DNA of 64,000 bases from Polyangiaceae bacterium. GTDB lineage: Bacteria; Myxococcota_A; Polyangia; Polyangiales; Polyangiaceae. The DNA lies in NCBI GenBank assembly GCA_033763455.1, contig JANRKO010000060.1:32001-96000 (forward strand). Reading direction: 5' to 3'. Below are positions 9,398 to 18,777 of this stretch, piece by piece (position 1 is the first letter of the stretch; every line of letters starts with the position of its first letter). The notes beneath the pieces are model-generated. The model made no database searches, was not told where the DNA came from, and worked only from the letters and a program-made list of their open reading frames with translations. Both the position numbers and the translations under genes were made by a program.

Positions 9398-10813
9398 CTA
9401 AGCCAAAGAGATGGGGCTGTTGCCGTTGAGGTTGGCGTCGCCGATGGCATTCTTGTTGATGCCAAATGCCTGCAAGATGCTGAGCAGCCCAGCGTTGTGC
9501 GATGCGCCTTGGTAGTCCACAGCTCGGCCCGGGCGAACCCTACCGCCAGCCTTGCCAGCCGTCATGCACAGGATGTTTTCGTGCGAATGCTGCTCGGCGT
9601 CGCTCAATTCGCTGATCATCAGCACCAACGTGTTGTCCAGAAGCGTTCCGCCGCCTTCTTTGGTGTCCTTCAGGCGTGTCACGAATTTCGCCATTTCCCC
9701 CTGGATATAGTTGTCCACTTTGATGGTGTCAGTCGCTCCGATGCCTCCGTGCTCCAACGTATGGTGATCGTCCTTGGCGCCGAGCCAAGTGAACGGAAGC
9801 CCGCTCTGGGCGGAACACAAGATCTGGAAGCTTGAAACGCGAGATAGATCGCAGACCAGTGACTGATACAAAAGCTCAAACTGCTGGTCCATGATCACGG
9901 GGATTTCCTGGGACGCCGCGCCAATGCTCGGCGTCATGCAGCCAACGCCCGGCACCGGCGTGCCGGGACCTGTTCCGACAGGCGGCGTGATCGTCCCGCC
10001 TGTCATGGTCATCGGGATGCGTTGTTCAATGGCGCGAAGGGATTCCAAGTGCTCGTTCAGCTTTGCCTGCTCGTCCGGCCCGGCTGCGGCTTTGATGGCA
10101 GCCACTTCGACCAGCAGCCGGTCCAAGATGCTGCGCTTACGCGCCGAATTGTCCGCCATTACGGGAGGAAGGGGCGCCGTCATGGTTCCAGTTGCGGTGG
10201 GCGTAGGGGCAGGAGCGGGCGTACCATCGGAAAAGAGCCGACTGAACATGGTCGCTGGCGAATCAACGCCCGGCTGCGCCAGGCCGCCCTTGATAATTAG
10301 GCGGCGCTGATCGATCTGAGCACCAAAGTCCGAATAGACGCCGAACTGAAGCGAAGGGAACTTCACGCCATTGCCGATAGCGGCGGCGATTGTCTGATCG
10401 ATGGTGTCGGTCTTGGCCCATTTCGCAAGCCCGGCCCCGCCCTCGAAGATCCCAGGTTCATCTATGATGGAGGAATCTCCAGTCAGAAGGCCACGCATCC
10501 CCGCGCCGTGAGGCTCGTTACTCGCGCTCCACATCCGCGAAGCCGCGTTGTTATTCATGCCCTTGATAGTAAGCAGCTCCGATTGCAGCGGGACAAAGGG
10601 CTTGAGGGCTGCGTCAAAGGAGTGGTTACCATACGGCAGATCCTTGCTGGGGTAGTAGACGCCACCTGGGAAATACAGGACCACGAAGCGTGTGGGGAAT
10701 TGCGCGGCTTGGGCGGAAACAAAGCTTTCTCTAAAGATCGAGCTTGCTAAAAAACCAGCTCCACCGAGACCAAGAATGAGTTCGCGTCGCTTCAGCAGTG
10801 ATTTTGACAACAT
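9398..10813 (-). CDS. DUF1552 (HXXSHH) family protein, Tat-exported
   Basis: Twin-Arg signal KRRELILG; PTRFVVLYFPGG; TIDQTIA; RSILDRL..KLNEHLESLRAIE; DHHTLEH; TLLDNTLVLMISE; HSHEN..AGKAGG. Confidence 0.9.
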   Translation of the reverse strand: MLSKSLLKRRELILGLGGAGFLASSIFRESFVSAQAAQFPTRFVVLYFPGGVYYPSKDLPYGNHSFDAALKPFVPLQSELLTIKGMNNNAASRMWSASNEPHGAGMRGLLTGDSSIIDEPGIFEGGAGLAKWAKTDTIDQTIAAAIGNGVKFPSLQFGVYSDFGAQIDQRRLIIKGGLAQPGVDSPATMFSRLFSDGTPAPAPTPTATGTMTAPLPPVMADNSARKRSILDRLLVEVAAIKAAAGPDEQAKLNEHLESLRAIEQRIPMTMTGGTITPPVGTGPGTPVPGVGCMTPSIGAASQEIPVIMDQQFELLYQSLVCDLSRVSSFQILCSAQSGLPFTWLGAKDDHHTLEHGGIGATDTIKVDNYIQGEMAKFVTRLKDTKEGGGTLLDNTLVLMISELSDAEQHSHENILCMTAGKAGGRVRPGRAVDYQGASHNAGLLSILQAFGINKNAIGDANLNGNSPISLA

Positions 10814-10850
10814 GGTTCGTTGTTCCTCTCAAGTCTTTCGTCTGGAAAAA

Positions 10851-12659
10851 TTACTGCTCAACCCGATAGGGGTAGGCTTCGGAGCGGGCTAACCCGACCA
10901 AGAGCTCTCGGATGTCGGAGGTGGGGCTGGCCGTCATGCTTGCGGACATGGCACCAATTATGGCGGCATCGCGCTGGTATTTCTCGAGCTGCGCTGCGTA
11001 ATCAGGGCTCGCCATGTCAGTGGGCATTTCCCTGTTAGCGCGTCCTAGGCCCCAACGGAAAGATTCGCGGGCGACGCAATCTTTAAGGACCTGGCTGTTG
11101 GCAATCTTCTGAACGAAGGCCACAGCGTTCGCAAAGGGGCCGTCGACTTCGGGCGACACGTTGACGATCTCGCCCGAGGCATCCACAGGTTTCCCGTTTT
11201 CGGTAGTGCGGTAACTACCGATCCCGTCGTAGTTTTCAAAACCTAGGCCTAGCGGATCGATTTCCCGGTGGCAGCTCGCACACACCGGATTTTGGGAGTG
11301 GGCAGCAAAGCGTTCCCGCGTAGTGAGGGCGGTGGAGGGTTCGGGATCCGTTGGCACGAAGCCGGGAGGCGGTGGAGCGAGCGGGCGGCACAGGATGTGT
11401 GTCCGAAGCGTCGCACCGCGGCGAATAGGGAACGAATCGATGGCTTTGGCGTTCGCAGCCAGGAACCCGGCCGAAGTGAGGATGCCCAAGCGCTGGCCAT
11501 CTGGCAGCGTTGTTTTCTGCCAATCAGCGGGAGCGTTGCTGACTCCATAGTGCGCTGCCGTTGTGGGGTTCAAGATCGACCAGTTCGCTGTGAACAACGT
11601 GGTGAGGCTCCCGCCTTCTTTGGCAAACACTTCATCGACGAACCGATTCGATTCTTCGATAATCGCACTCCGAAGCTGTGCGTCGTACGACGGAAAGAAC
11701 GCCGGATCTTTTTGGACGTTTGGCAAATTGCTGATAACCGTCCACTGTGTGATGAAGCCTCGTAGCCAGGTGGGCGTGCGACCCGACCCGAAGAGGCGCC
11801 GTACCTGAGCTTCGCGCTGATCGGGCGTTGCCAGCTGGTTGGCATCAGCGGCTGCCATCAGCGTTGCGTCGGGCATGGTGCCCGTTACTAGATAGGAGAT
11901 TTGCGTGGCCAATTCGTGGGGGCTCAGCTGGCGGGCAAGGCCCGAACCCGCACCAATTTCGGTCTTGTAGAGGAAGTACGGCGACTGCAGCAGCGTTTCC
12001 ACGACGGCGCCGATCCCCTCGGCGTATGTGGTGCGAGCTCGCTCATCGTCAAAAATCTTGGAGTACGCGGTTAACTCTTCGGAATTGATGGGGCGCCTAA
12101 AAGCCTTGGCACCGAAGCTATTAATGAAGGACTGTGCGCACGCTGTTTCGCCGGCGGCATCCGCTGCAGCGCAGGGCGCCCAGGTAGTGACGTTAGCTGA
12201 AACCTGCGCGGCCAATTTCTCAGCGGCGGTTCCGTAGAGCTCAGCAACCACGAGTGGTACGGTCAGAGCTGCGGCGATGTTTCGATAGCCGAGGTTGCGT
12301 GCATCCGGTTGGAAGCCTGCCGCGGTGCCCGGGGCAACCTGCAGCAGATCTTGCACGGTGTTGTCGTACTCCTCGTTGCTGAGCCTCCGAACCGCAACGG
12401 GGCCCAACGGGCCTGCGGCTGGTAGCGGAACGCCGGGCGTGGTGCTCACTCCTGGGGGCAGGGTGCCGGGAGTGTCCGTGCCCATGGGGACTGGAGTTGT
12501 GGCAGTTCCAGTCGGGGTTCCCGTGCCGCTTGGCGTCGGAGTCTCTGCTCCGCGCGTGCTACCTCCGCGCTCCACTGAGTTGCTGCATCCGAGGGCTAGG
12601 CCAAGTGCCAAGCTGCCAGAAAGTCCGAATAGTCCCAGAAATCGCATGCGGTGCCTCAT
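10851..12659 (-). CDS. DUF1587/1595/1592/1588/1585 lipoprotein with one CxxCH heme-c motif
   Basis: Lipobox ALGC; Thr/Pro-rich linker; VRRLSNEEYDNTVQDLL; AFRRP; LQSPYFLYKTE; PIRRGATLRTHILC; TTRER..CASCHREIDPLGLGFENYDGIG. Start at ATG 12659 or 12647. Confidence 0.9.
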   Translation of the reverse strand: MRHRMRFLGLFGLSGSLALGLALGCSNSVERGGSTRGAETPTPSGTGTPTGTATTPVPMGTDTPGTLPPGVSTTPGVPLPAAGPLGPVAVRRLSNEEYDNTVQDLLQVAPGTAAGFQPDARNLGYRNIAAALTVPLVVAELYGTAAEKLAAQVSANVTTWAPCAAADAAGETACAQSFINSFGAKAFRRPINSEELTAYSKIFDDERARTTYAEGIGAVVETLLQSPYFLYKTEIGAGSGLARQLSPHELATQISYLVTGTMPDATLMAAADANQLATPDQREAQVRRLFGSGRTPTWLRGFITQWTVISNLPNVQKDPAFFPSYDAQLRSAIIEESNRFVDEVFAKEGGSLTTLFTANWSILNPTTAAHYGVSNAPADWQKTTLPDGQRLGILTSAGFLAANAKAIDSFPIRRGATLRTHILCRPLAPPPPGFVPTDPEPSTALTTRERFAAHSQNPVCASCHREIDPLGLGFENYDGIGSYRTTENGKPVDASGEIVNVSPEVDGPFANAVAFVQKIANSQVLKDCVARESFRWGLGRANREMPTDMASPDYAAQLEKYQRDAAIIGAMSASMTASPTSDIRELLVGLARSEAYPYRVEQ

Positions 12660-12826
12660 TTCCTGACGGAAAAGTAGCACCTCGGGGTAGCAGGATGCTG
12701 TCAACCTGAGTGGCGAAGGATAGCACGAATTAGTCTAAATTATGCTTTTAAGATAATTTTTCGTCTGAGCTGGATCGCGGGGAACAGGCCGCGGCTCGTG
12801 GCGTTAAAGCTGCTTATCTCGGCCCC

Positions 12827-13183
12827 TCACTGGCTTTTTCCAGCCCGAAGCCTGCCGCTGCGCAGCTGGGGAAGTGTGAAGCGACCGAGAACATTGCGCA
12901 TGGGCTGCACGAAGCGCTCAACGTTAGGCCCCGTCACAACGAGCCGTGCTTCTCCTCCCGTAAGGACTGCACGAATTAGCACACCATCGAGCTTTTCGCG
13001 CGCCGCAATGTCTGCCAGTTCGGAAAACAGTGCGGGCGGCAAACGGCCGCGCCGAAGCGTTAGCTTGCCTTCTTTGGAGGTGATTCGAAACAGCTCCGTC
13101 CATAGCCAAATGCCGCGAGCGATGGGGAAAAGCAAACTCGACGCTAGCAGCAAAGCTACGAACCACACCGGCATGTATTGCAT
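12827..13183 (-). CDS. DUF3634 family membrane protein
   Basis: N-terminal TM helix, then ELFRI..GKLTLRRGRLPPALFSELADI..GGEARLVVTG..QPMRNVLG. Start at ATG 13183. Confidence 0.7.
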   Translation of the reverse strand: MQYMPVWFVALLLASSLLFPIARGIWLWTELFRITSKEGKLTLRRGRLPPALFSELADIAAREKLDGVLIRAVLTGGEARLVVTGPNVERFVQPMRNVLGRFTLPQLRSGRLRAGKSQ

Positions 13184-13789
13184 CGTGCCGTTTGGCACCC
13201 GCGCGTCAAGCCTTTCACCCAACACCCGGCTAAGAATGAGATGGTGAGGGTGTCATTCTACAAATTCGCCGGCAGAAGTAGAGCTTGTTTGGGCTGACCC
13301 TCCTGGACGAAGCACTCGGTATCACTTGCTGTCTACGGACGTTTTCTGAAGTTTCGCTAGCAAGGCTTTGGATGCACCCCCAGACGAGCCAAGATCGGCC
13401 CATTCGCGTGGCGCGCGAGGAGGGTAACTCTTGTGCGGAAAGTCAGATTAACGTCTTTCGTTCGGTAGTGGACCATATTTCGTAAGGAGCGACGGAAGCA
13501 AGACGCTGCCGAACGTCATCTACGTGGAACTCTACGGGCAGGATATGGACTCGAAGAGTCGCGTTGTGGAGCGCGTCTCAGGCTAGCAAGGTATCATTGA
13601 GCCCTCTCGTGCCACAGAAGCACCAAAACGAACCCGCATCCTTTGTGATAATGTTCGCCTACTCCGTTGCTGCGAACGCGGAGCGCACAGAAAAACGCTG
13701 GCGCCAGTGGCTGCGAAGCTCAAACGCCCTGATCCTGTAAAATGGCGATTCCAAGGTAGGGCGTGCTCTAGTAACCTTACAGGTTGCTT

Positions 13790-15367
13790 ATGTTACGGCG
13801 CGCGTTTCTGTTGCTTGTTTGTGCCCTCGGCGGCTCCGCTTGTACGAGCCTGCTCGGCAATGATTTCACCGTGGATGGGGCGGCTGATGCAACAGGGGGT
13901 GCAGGGAACGAAACAGGTGTTGGTGGAGCCCCTGCGGGTGGAATGCCCAGTGCAGCGGGCGGGGCGTCGGCTTCCGGCGGAGCGTCGGTACAAGTCGCCT
14001 GCGCTACGCCTTGTGGCAACGCGCATGGGAAGGCTGAATGCTCCACAGGTGCGTGTGTGCTCACGTGCGACCCGGGCTTTGGTGATTGCGATGGTGACAA
14101 GGGCAATGGATGTGAGACCGACGTCGATAAAGATCCGGTGCACTGCGGTTCGTGTACGAATGTTTGCGTCGCGAAAAATGCTGCCGCGGCCTGCGGTCGA
14201 GGCGAATGCACTCTGGGCGTGTGCCTAACGGGCTATGGTGATTGCGATAAGGATGTCGCTAATGGTTGTGAGTTGCAGCTCAATTCGGTGAATGATTGCG
14301 GTGGGTGTGGGGTGGCTTGCACGAATGGTCATGGCGCCACCGCTTGCACCAATAGTGCTTGCGCCCCAACTTGCGACACAGATTGGGGTGATTGCGATGG
14401 CGACAAGATAAATGGCTGCGAAACCTCGCTCGCCGCAAACCCGCTCCACTGCGGCGTCTGTGGGAAAGCCTGCCTGGCTGACGAACTCTGCCAGGCGGGA
14501 AGCTGCGTGAAAGCAGCCCTTTGCGGCGAAGTGTTCAAGAAAGATTGCGATGGCGGTGGGTTAGGCGACGATGCCAATGGCTGCGAAACCAATATTGCAG
14601 CAGATAGCTCGAATTGCGGCGCCTGCGGGATGGTCTGCACGGTGAAGCAGTTGTGCCTCGGAGCTTGTACCGCTTGCCCCGGGGGCACGTTGGACTGCAA
14701 CAAGGGGACCGATGGCTGCGAAGTGCTGGAGAATCCTCTTCAGTGTGGAGCGTGCGGGCAGGCCTGCGGTACAGATGGAACCTGTGGTTGCGGTTCCGGA
14801 ATTTGCAGCGGTGGCACCATCTACCTATCCGAGGATTTTTCGGACAACAGTCGTGGTTGGTCATTGGAGGGGGAGTGGGAAATTGGGGCGACCGCGGTCA
14901 GCCCACCTCTCTTGGAAGAGTGGGAGAATGGCAACCCTGACCCGGCCATGGATCACAGCCTATCTGCGGACAATGGCATTGCGGCGCTGGGGTTGGGCAA
15001 GAACTACGAATACATGCGCGTGCACGGGATGGAGTACCTTACGAGTCCCGTTATTGCTCTACCCAACGCCCCGGCTTCCATGAACCTGACTTTCTGGAGT
15101 TGGCTCAATGCCGACGGCAGGAAGTGGACCAACATGACCGTAGAGGTGAAGAACGGTGCCGGAGTTTGGGTCAAGAAATGGGGAAATACCGCGTACCAGG
15201 CCGATACCGCTTGGGATCGAATCCAGATCGATGTGGCCGCGGAGAGTAACCCTTCATTTCAGGTGCGCTTCGGATTCTCGGTTGAGATCGCGAATAATCT
15301 CTATCCCTGGCTCATGAGCGGTTGGAACATCGACGACGTGACTGTGTCGGAAACAACCTGCCTCTAG
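13790..15367 (+). CDS. Cys-rich repeat lipoprotein with a C-terminal MAM/cleaved-adhesin-like jelly-roll domain
   Basis: Lipobox GSAC; Gly linker; five DCDxxxxNGCE-x(5-8)-CGxCxxxC repeats; C-terminal SEDFSD..GWSLEGEWEIG..LTSPVIAL..LTFWSWL..FQVRFGF..GWNIDDVTV. Confidence 0.8.
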   Translation: MLRRAFLLLVCALGGSACTSLLGNDFTVDGAADATGGAGNETGVGGAPAGGMPSAAGGASASGGASVQVACATPCGNAHGKAECSTGACVLTCDPGFGDCDGDKGNGCETDVDKDPVHCGSCTNVCVAKNAAAACGRGECTLGVCLTGYGDCDKDVANGCELQLNSVNDCGGCGVACTNGHGATACTNSACAPTCDTDWGDCDGDKINGCETSLAANPLHCGVCGKACLADELCQAGSCVKAALCGEVFKKDCDGGGLGDDANGCETNIAADSSNCGACGMVCTVKQLCLGACTACPGGTLDCNKGTDGCEVLENPLQCGACGQACGTDGTCGCGSGICSGGTIYLSEDFSDNSRGWSLEGEWEIGATAVSPPLLEEWENGNPDPAMDHSLSADNGIAALGLGKNYEYMRVHGMEYLTSPVIALPNAPASMNLTFWSWLNADGRKWTNMTVEVKNGAGVWVKKWGNTAYQADTAWDRIQIDVAAESNPSFQVRFGFSVEIANNLYPWLMSGWNIDDVTVSETTCL

Positions 15368-15380
15368 CCCCCCTTCACCC

Positions 15381-16799
15381 CTACTTCCGCCGACGTACGA
15401 TCCCTCGAGCTTCGAGCTCAGCGCGGTCTTCTGCCGATTCGACCCTGGGCTGTGGGTTTGAGACCTGTGGCCGTGCCTGAACAGGAGGTAAAGCTTCGCT
15501 GCGCTCACGGGGTGCGTTAAGCGCTGCTTGCGTTGGTTGAGCTGGCGTAGCGTTGGGTGCTGGGGCCGTAGCGGGAGCCTGCGCTGCCGCCGGCGCAGGC
15601 TTTGCCGAGGGTACGGGTGCCGGCAGATCGAACTTCTGCCGTAGCAGGGCGCCAAAAGTGCCGAGACCTTCAACCGCCGCGGGTGCCGCGGTTTGAGTGG
15701 CGGAGAATTCTCGATAGTTGTTGCTCTCCTGCACTCCGGCAACGGCGCGTGCGCTGTACGAGATGCGGCCTCCACCGTCGCGGCGCACCATGACGACGTC
15801 CATTTCGCGCCCTACGGCGTAGGAGCGTCGGTGGTCAGCGCCGGGCGCTAAATCTAGTTCGCGGAGCGGAACAAAGCCCTCACCACGCGCTGTTTCGACC
15901 AAAATGCCGCCAGCGATGGCTCGTACCACTTTGCCTTTGAGCACTTCGTGGGGATCTTCTTTGGCAGCAGGCCCTGCGGCAGTTTTGTCGTCTTTTAGGC
16001 TGACACGCACGTTGGGGCCGCGAGGTGTTTGTTCTACGGAAAGGATGCGCGCTGTGACCTTGTCGCCCACGGTGACGGCATCTTCGGCTCGTTCCAAACG
16101 ACGGCTGGAAAGCTCAGAGATGTGTGCGAAGGCGACCAAGGAACCCGAGAGTTCAATCAGAGCGCCGTGTTTGTTGGTACTGGCAACCACCCCGGCTACC
16201 TCGGAGCCTACGCTCAAAGATTCGAGCAGCGCGGACTGGTTCTTCTTCAGCTCGACTTCTAGCAAGCTACGACGGGATACAATGATGGAACGGCCGTTAT
16301 CGCGGTATTCGAGGATGAGAAATTCGAATTTTTGGCCAACGAATGGATCGAGATCCGTAATTCGGTTCACGTCGAGCTGAGAGGCGGGGCAGAAAGCGCG
16401 CGTGCCGGAAAGATCGACCTCCACGCCGCCTTTAACAACTTTTGAGACCTGCCCACTGATGGGGATTTTGGACTCAAACGCGAGTTTGAGTTGCGCTGAT
16501 TCCAAGTGCCCGCCGCGACCGAGCACGGTGGTGAGCAAAAGTGCATCGGGCTCGGCGTTGGTGATGGTGCCGGCAATTCGGTCGCCCAGCGAGACTTTGA
16601 GCTGCCCACTCTTGTCGAGGAGCTCCTCTTTCATGATTCGAGCCTCAACGGGCGTGCCGATGTCGACAAACACCGAATCCCCGCTGAAGTGAACCACGGT
16701 GCCTTCCACTGCAGCGCCCACCTTGAGGTGGCCGCGGTGTTTTGTTTGCTTTGCACCTGGTGCTTCGAACAGGGCCTTAAAATCGTCAAAACCGGACAT
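15381..16799 (-). CDS. Ribosomal protein S1-like paralog (about four S1 domains plus a Pro/Ala-rich tail)
   Basis: DDFKALFE start; S1 repeats (VEGTVV..VFVDIG; GGVEVDL..RAFCPASQL; AFAHISELS; EGFVPLREL); C-terminal GLGTFGALLRQK. Start moved to ATG 16799, which has a -10 element 7 nt upstream. Confidence 0.85.
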   Translation of the reverse strand: MSGFDDFKALFEAPGAKQTKHRGHLKVGAAVEGTVVHFSGDSVFVDIGTPVEARIMKEELLDKSGQLKVSLGDRIAGTITNAEPDALLLTTVLGRGGHLESAQLKLAFESKIPISGQVSKVVKGGVEVDLSGTRAFCPASQLDVNRITDLDPFVGQKFEFLILEYRDNGRSIIVSRRSLLEVELKKNQSALLESLSVGSEVAGVVASTNKHGALIELSGSLVAFAHISELSSRRLERAEDAVTVGDKVTARILSVEQTPRGPNVRVSLKDDKTAAGPAAKEDPHEVLKGKVVRAIAGGILVETARGEGFVPLRELDLAPGADHRRSYAVGREMDVVMVRRDGGGRISYSARAVAGVQESNNYREFSATQTAAPAAVEGLGTFGALLRQKFDLPAPVPSAKPAPAAAQAPATAPAPNATPAQPTQAALNAPRERSEALPPVQARPQVSNPQPRVESAEDRAELEARGIVRRRK

Positions 16800-16956
16800 G
16801 GCGCCGAACCTAGTACGTTCGGCGGGCCGAGCGCGAGAGGGCGCAGGTGCGGCCCAAAACTGGGGCGCAAAGGACGCGGCTTTTTGGCTGAGGGTAAAGT
16901 CGAGCCCACCTGAGCCGTACGTGTGGGTGAGCCGTTCTTGGCTGGGAGAAAGAAGC

Positions 16957-18063
16957 ATGCTTTGGAAGCGCAAGAAGGCGACGGAGGAGAGTAGCCAGGT
17001 CTCGGGGGCGGCATCTGAGCAACCAGCGGGCGGTGCTTCAGAGAAGGCGCTCGATGCGGTGTCCCGGTTGTTGCGGGATTACGGGCGCTTTGCCTTCGAC
17101 CTCAGTTCGATGTCGAGCTCGGACATTCGCAAGGAGTGTGAGGCATGGGCGTCTAAGATCGTGATTGGTGCCGCGCACACGGAGGATGAAGAGCCGGCTC
17201 CTGCCCATCTAAAGCGTGACTGGCCAGGCTTATTTCAGTTTTTTGCTAACGTGCGCAAAGAAGAGGCATCGTATGTATTGCAGAGCCTGGAAGATCTTAG
17301 AGATGCGGTGCGGACCTTCGCGCGCCACGTGAGCTCTGCCATCGACCACGACCGCTCAGACGACAAGCACGTTCGAGAACACCTGCGTGAGCTCTCGACA
17401 GCGATTGATACGAACGACACCGCCAAGATTCGGCTCGCTGCCGAAGGGGTGATAAAGATTGTTAGTGATTCACTCGACGCCCGCAACCAGCGCCAAGCCG
17501 ACCAAGTGCGCGAGCTTGGCCAGAAGCTCCGCGAACTGCACACTGAACTCGACCAAGCGCAGAAGCGCGCCGAAATTGACCCTCTCACGCAACTTCTGAA
17601 CCGCGCCGTTTTTGACTCGCGAATTGCAAGGCTAGCGGAGCTGGGTTCACTTTTTGAACGGCCTCCGAGCTTGCTCTTGGTGGATGCTGACCACTTCAAG
17701 GGGATCAACGATACCTTTGGACACCCAGCAGGTGATGAAACGCTAAGGAAGTTGGCCGACACGCTCGTCCGCACGTTTGTGCGAAAGCAAGATCTGGTGT
17801 GCAGGTATGGGGGCGAAGAGTTTGGGATTGTGTTGGTTGAGACGGACCAAAAAAGTGGCGAAATGCTGGGGCAACGACTGCTCGAAGCCGTGCGTAAAGC
17901 GGAAATTGTTCACGCAGGAAAGCCCATCAGCGTTACGGTCTCCGTGGGGCTCGCTGTGCTCCAGCCCGGAGAATCGGCCGCCAGTTGGCTCGACCGCGCC
18001 GACAAAGCGCTCTATGCGGCGAAGCAAGCCGGGCGGGATAGGCTTGAAGTTGCGGCCGGATGA
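16957..18063 (+). CDS. Soluble diguanylate cyclase (helical/coiled-coil N-terminus plus GGDEF)
   Basis: DPLTQLLNR, DADHFKGINDTFGHPAGD, I-site RKQD five residues before GGEEF, ADKALYAAK. ATG 16957 has a GGAG Shine-Dalgarno. Confidence 0.92.
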   Translation: MLWKRKKATEESSQVSGAASEQPAGGASEKALDAVSRLLRDYGRFAFDLSSMSSSDIRKECEAWASKIVIGAAHTEDEEPAPAHLKRDWPGLFQFFANVRKEEASYVLQSLEDLRDAVRTFARHVSSAIDHDRSDDKHVREHLRELSTAIDTNDTAKIRLAAEGVIKIVSDSLDARNQRQADQVRELGQKLRELHTELDQAQKRAEIDPLTQLLNRAVFDSRIARLAELGSLFERPPSLLLVDADHFKGINDTFGHPAGDETLRKLADTLVRTFVRKQDLVCRYGGEEFGIVLVETDQKSGEMLGQRLLEAVRKAEIVHAGKPISVTVSVGLAVLQPGESAASWLDRADKALYAAKQAGRDRLEVAAG

Positions 18064-18219
18064 ATAACGTATCTACCTCGAACGTCTAGCTCGATCACAT
18101 TTCGAAACTTCTCGTTGATGGTGTGTGGCGTTGGTGTGTCCATTGCAGTGGGGGGCACGGAGATGCGGCCGTACGGTCGGCTAGCCTCAAATTTTGGCAG
18201 TTCTCTCCAGGGAGCCACG

Positions 18220-18249
18220 TTGACACCCCCTTTGTTCGATACCTAGTGT
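18220..18249 (+). promoter_or_regulatory. Candidate sigma-70 promoter for the DUF3015-DUF4105 operon
   Basis: TTGACA (18220-18225), 18-nt spacer, TAGTGT (18244-18249), 46 nt before ATG 18296. Confidence 0.55.
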
Positions 18250-18295
18250 GAGGCTCTCCGGCTCCGCGTAGGGGCCACAACAGAAGGGCTGAAGG

Positions 18296-18775
18296 ATGAA
18301 ATTAACACACGTTGCGTTAGCAGGTCTGTTTGCGTTGTCGGTTTCGATCCCGGCGACAGCTGAGGAAAAATACGGAACGGCAGGGTGCGGCTTGGGTTCC
18401 ATTGTTATCGGGAATGATCCGGGCATTGTGCAAATATTTGCCGTTACCACGAATGCTACCGGAATCCAGACGTTCGGCATTACGTCTGGAACCAGCAACT
18501 GTGACGACACGGCTGGCGGCCAGACCAGCGCGAAAGCTTTCGTGGAAACGAACCGTGTGGCACTCTCGAAAGATATGGCTCGTGGCCGCGGTGAAACGAT
18601 TGCAAGCTTGAGCCAGCTTGCCGGGTGCGCGGATGCAGCAGCTGTGGGCCGAAGCTTGCAGAAGAACTTCAAGCGTGTGTTCCCCAAGGCAGGTGTTCGG
18701 AGCTCCCAGGTAGGGGATTCGGTGATTACCATTCTCCGCACGGATAAGGCGCTTGCCTGTTCGGCTGTTGGCTGA
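18296..18775 (+). CDS. DUF3015 family secreted protein
   Basis: Signal peptide; [59 protein letters not shown]. Confidence 0.88.
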   Translation: MKLTHVALAGLFALSVSIPATAEEKYGTAGCGLGSIVIGNDPGIVQIFAVTTNATGIQTFGITSGTSNCDDTAGGQTSAKAFVETNRVALSKDMARGRGETIASLSQLAGCADAAAVGRSLQKNFKRVFPKAGVRSSQVGDSVITILRTDKALACSAVG

Positions 18776-18777
18776 AG

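Noticed and set aside
13699..13714. Sigma-54-like TGGCGCCAGTGGCTGC upstream of the Cys-rich lipoprotein
   Set aside because: The spacing is 11 nt and the match to consensus is poor.
16699..16973. Apparent head-to-head overlap between the S1 and GGDEF ORFs
   Set aside because: An artefact of longest-ORF starts; the likely starts at 16799 (-) and 16957 (+) leave a normal divergent gap.
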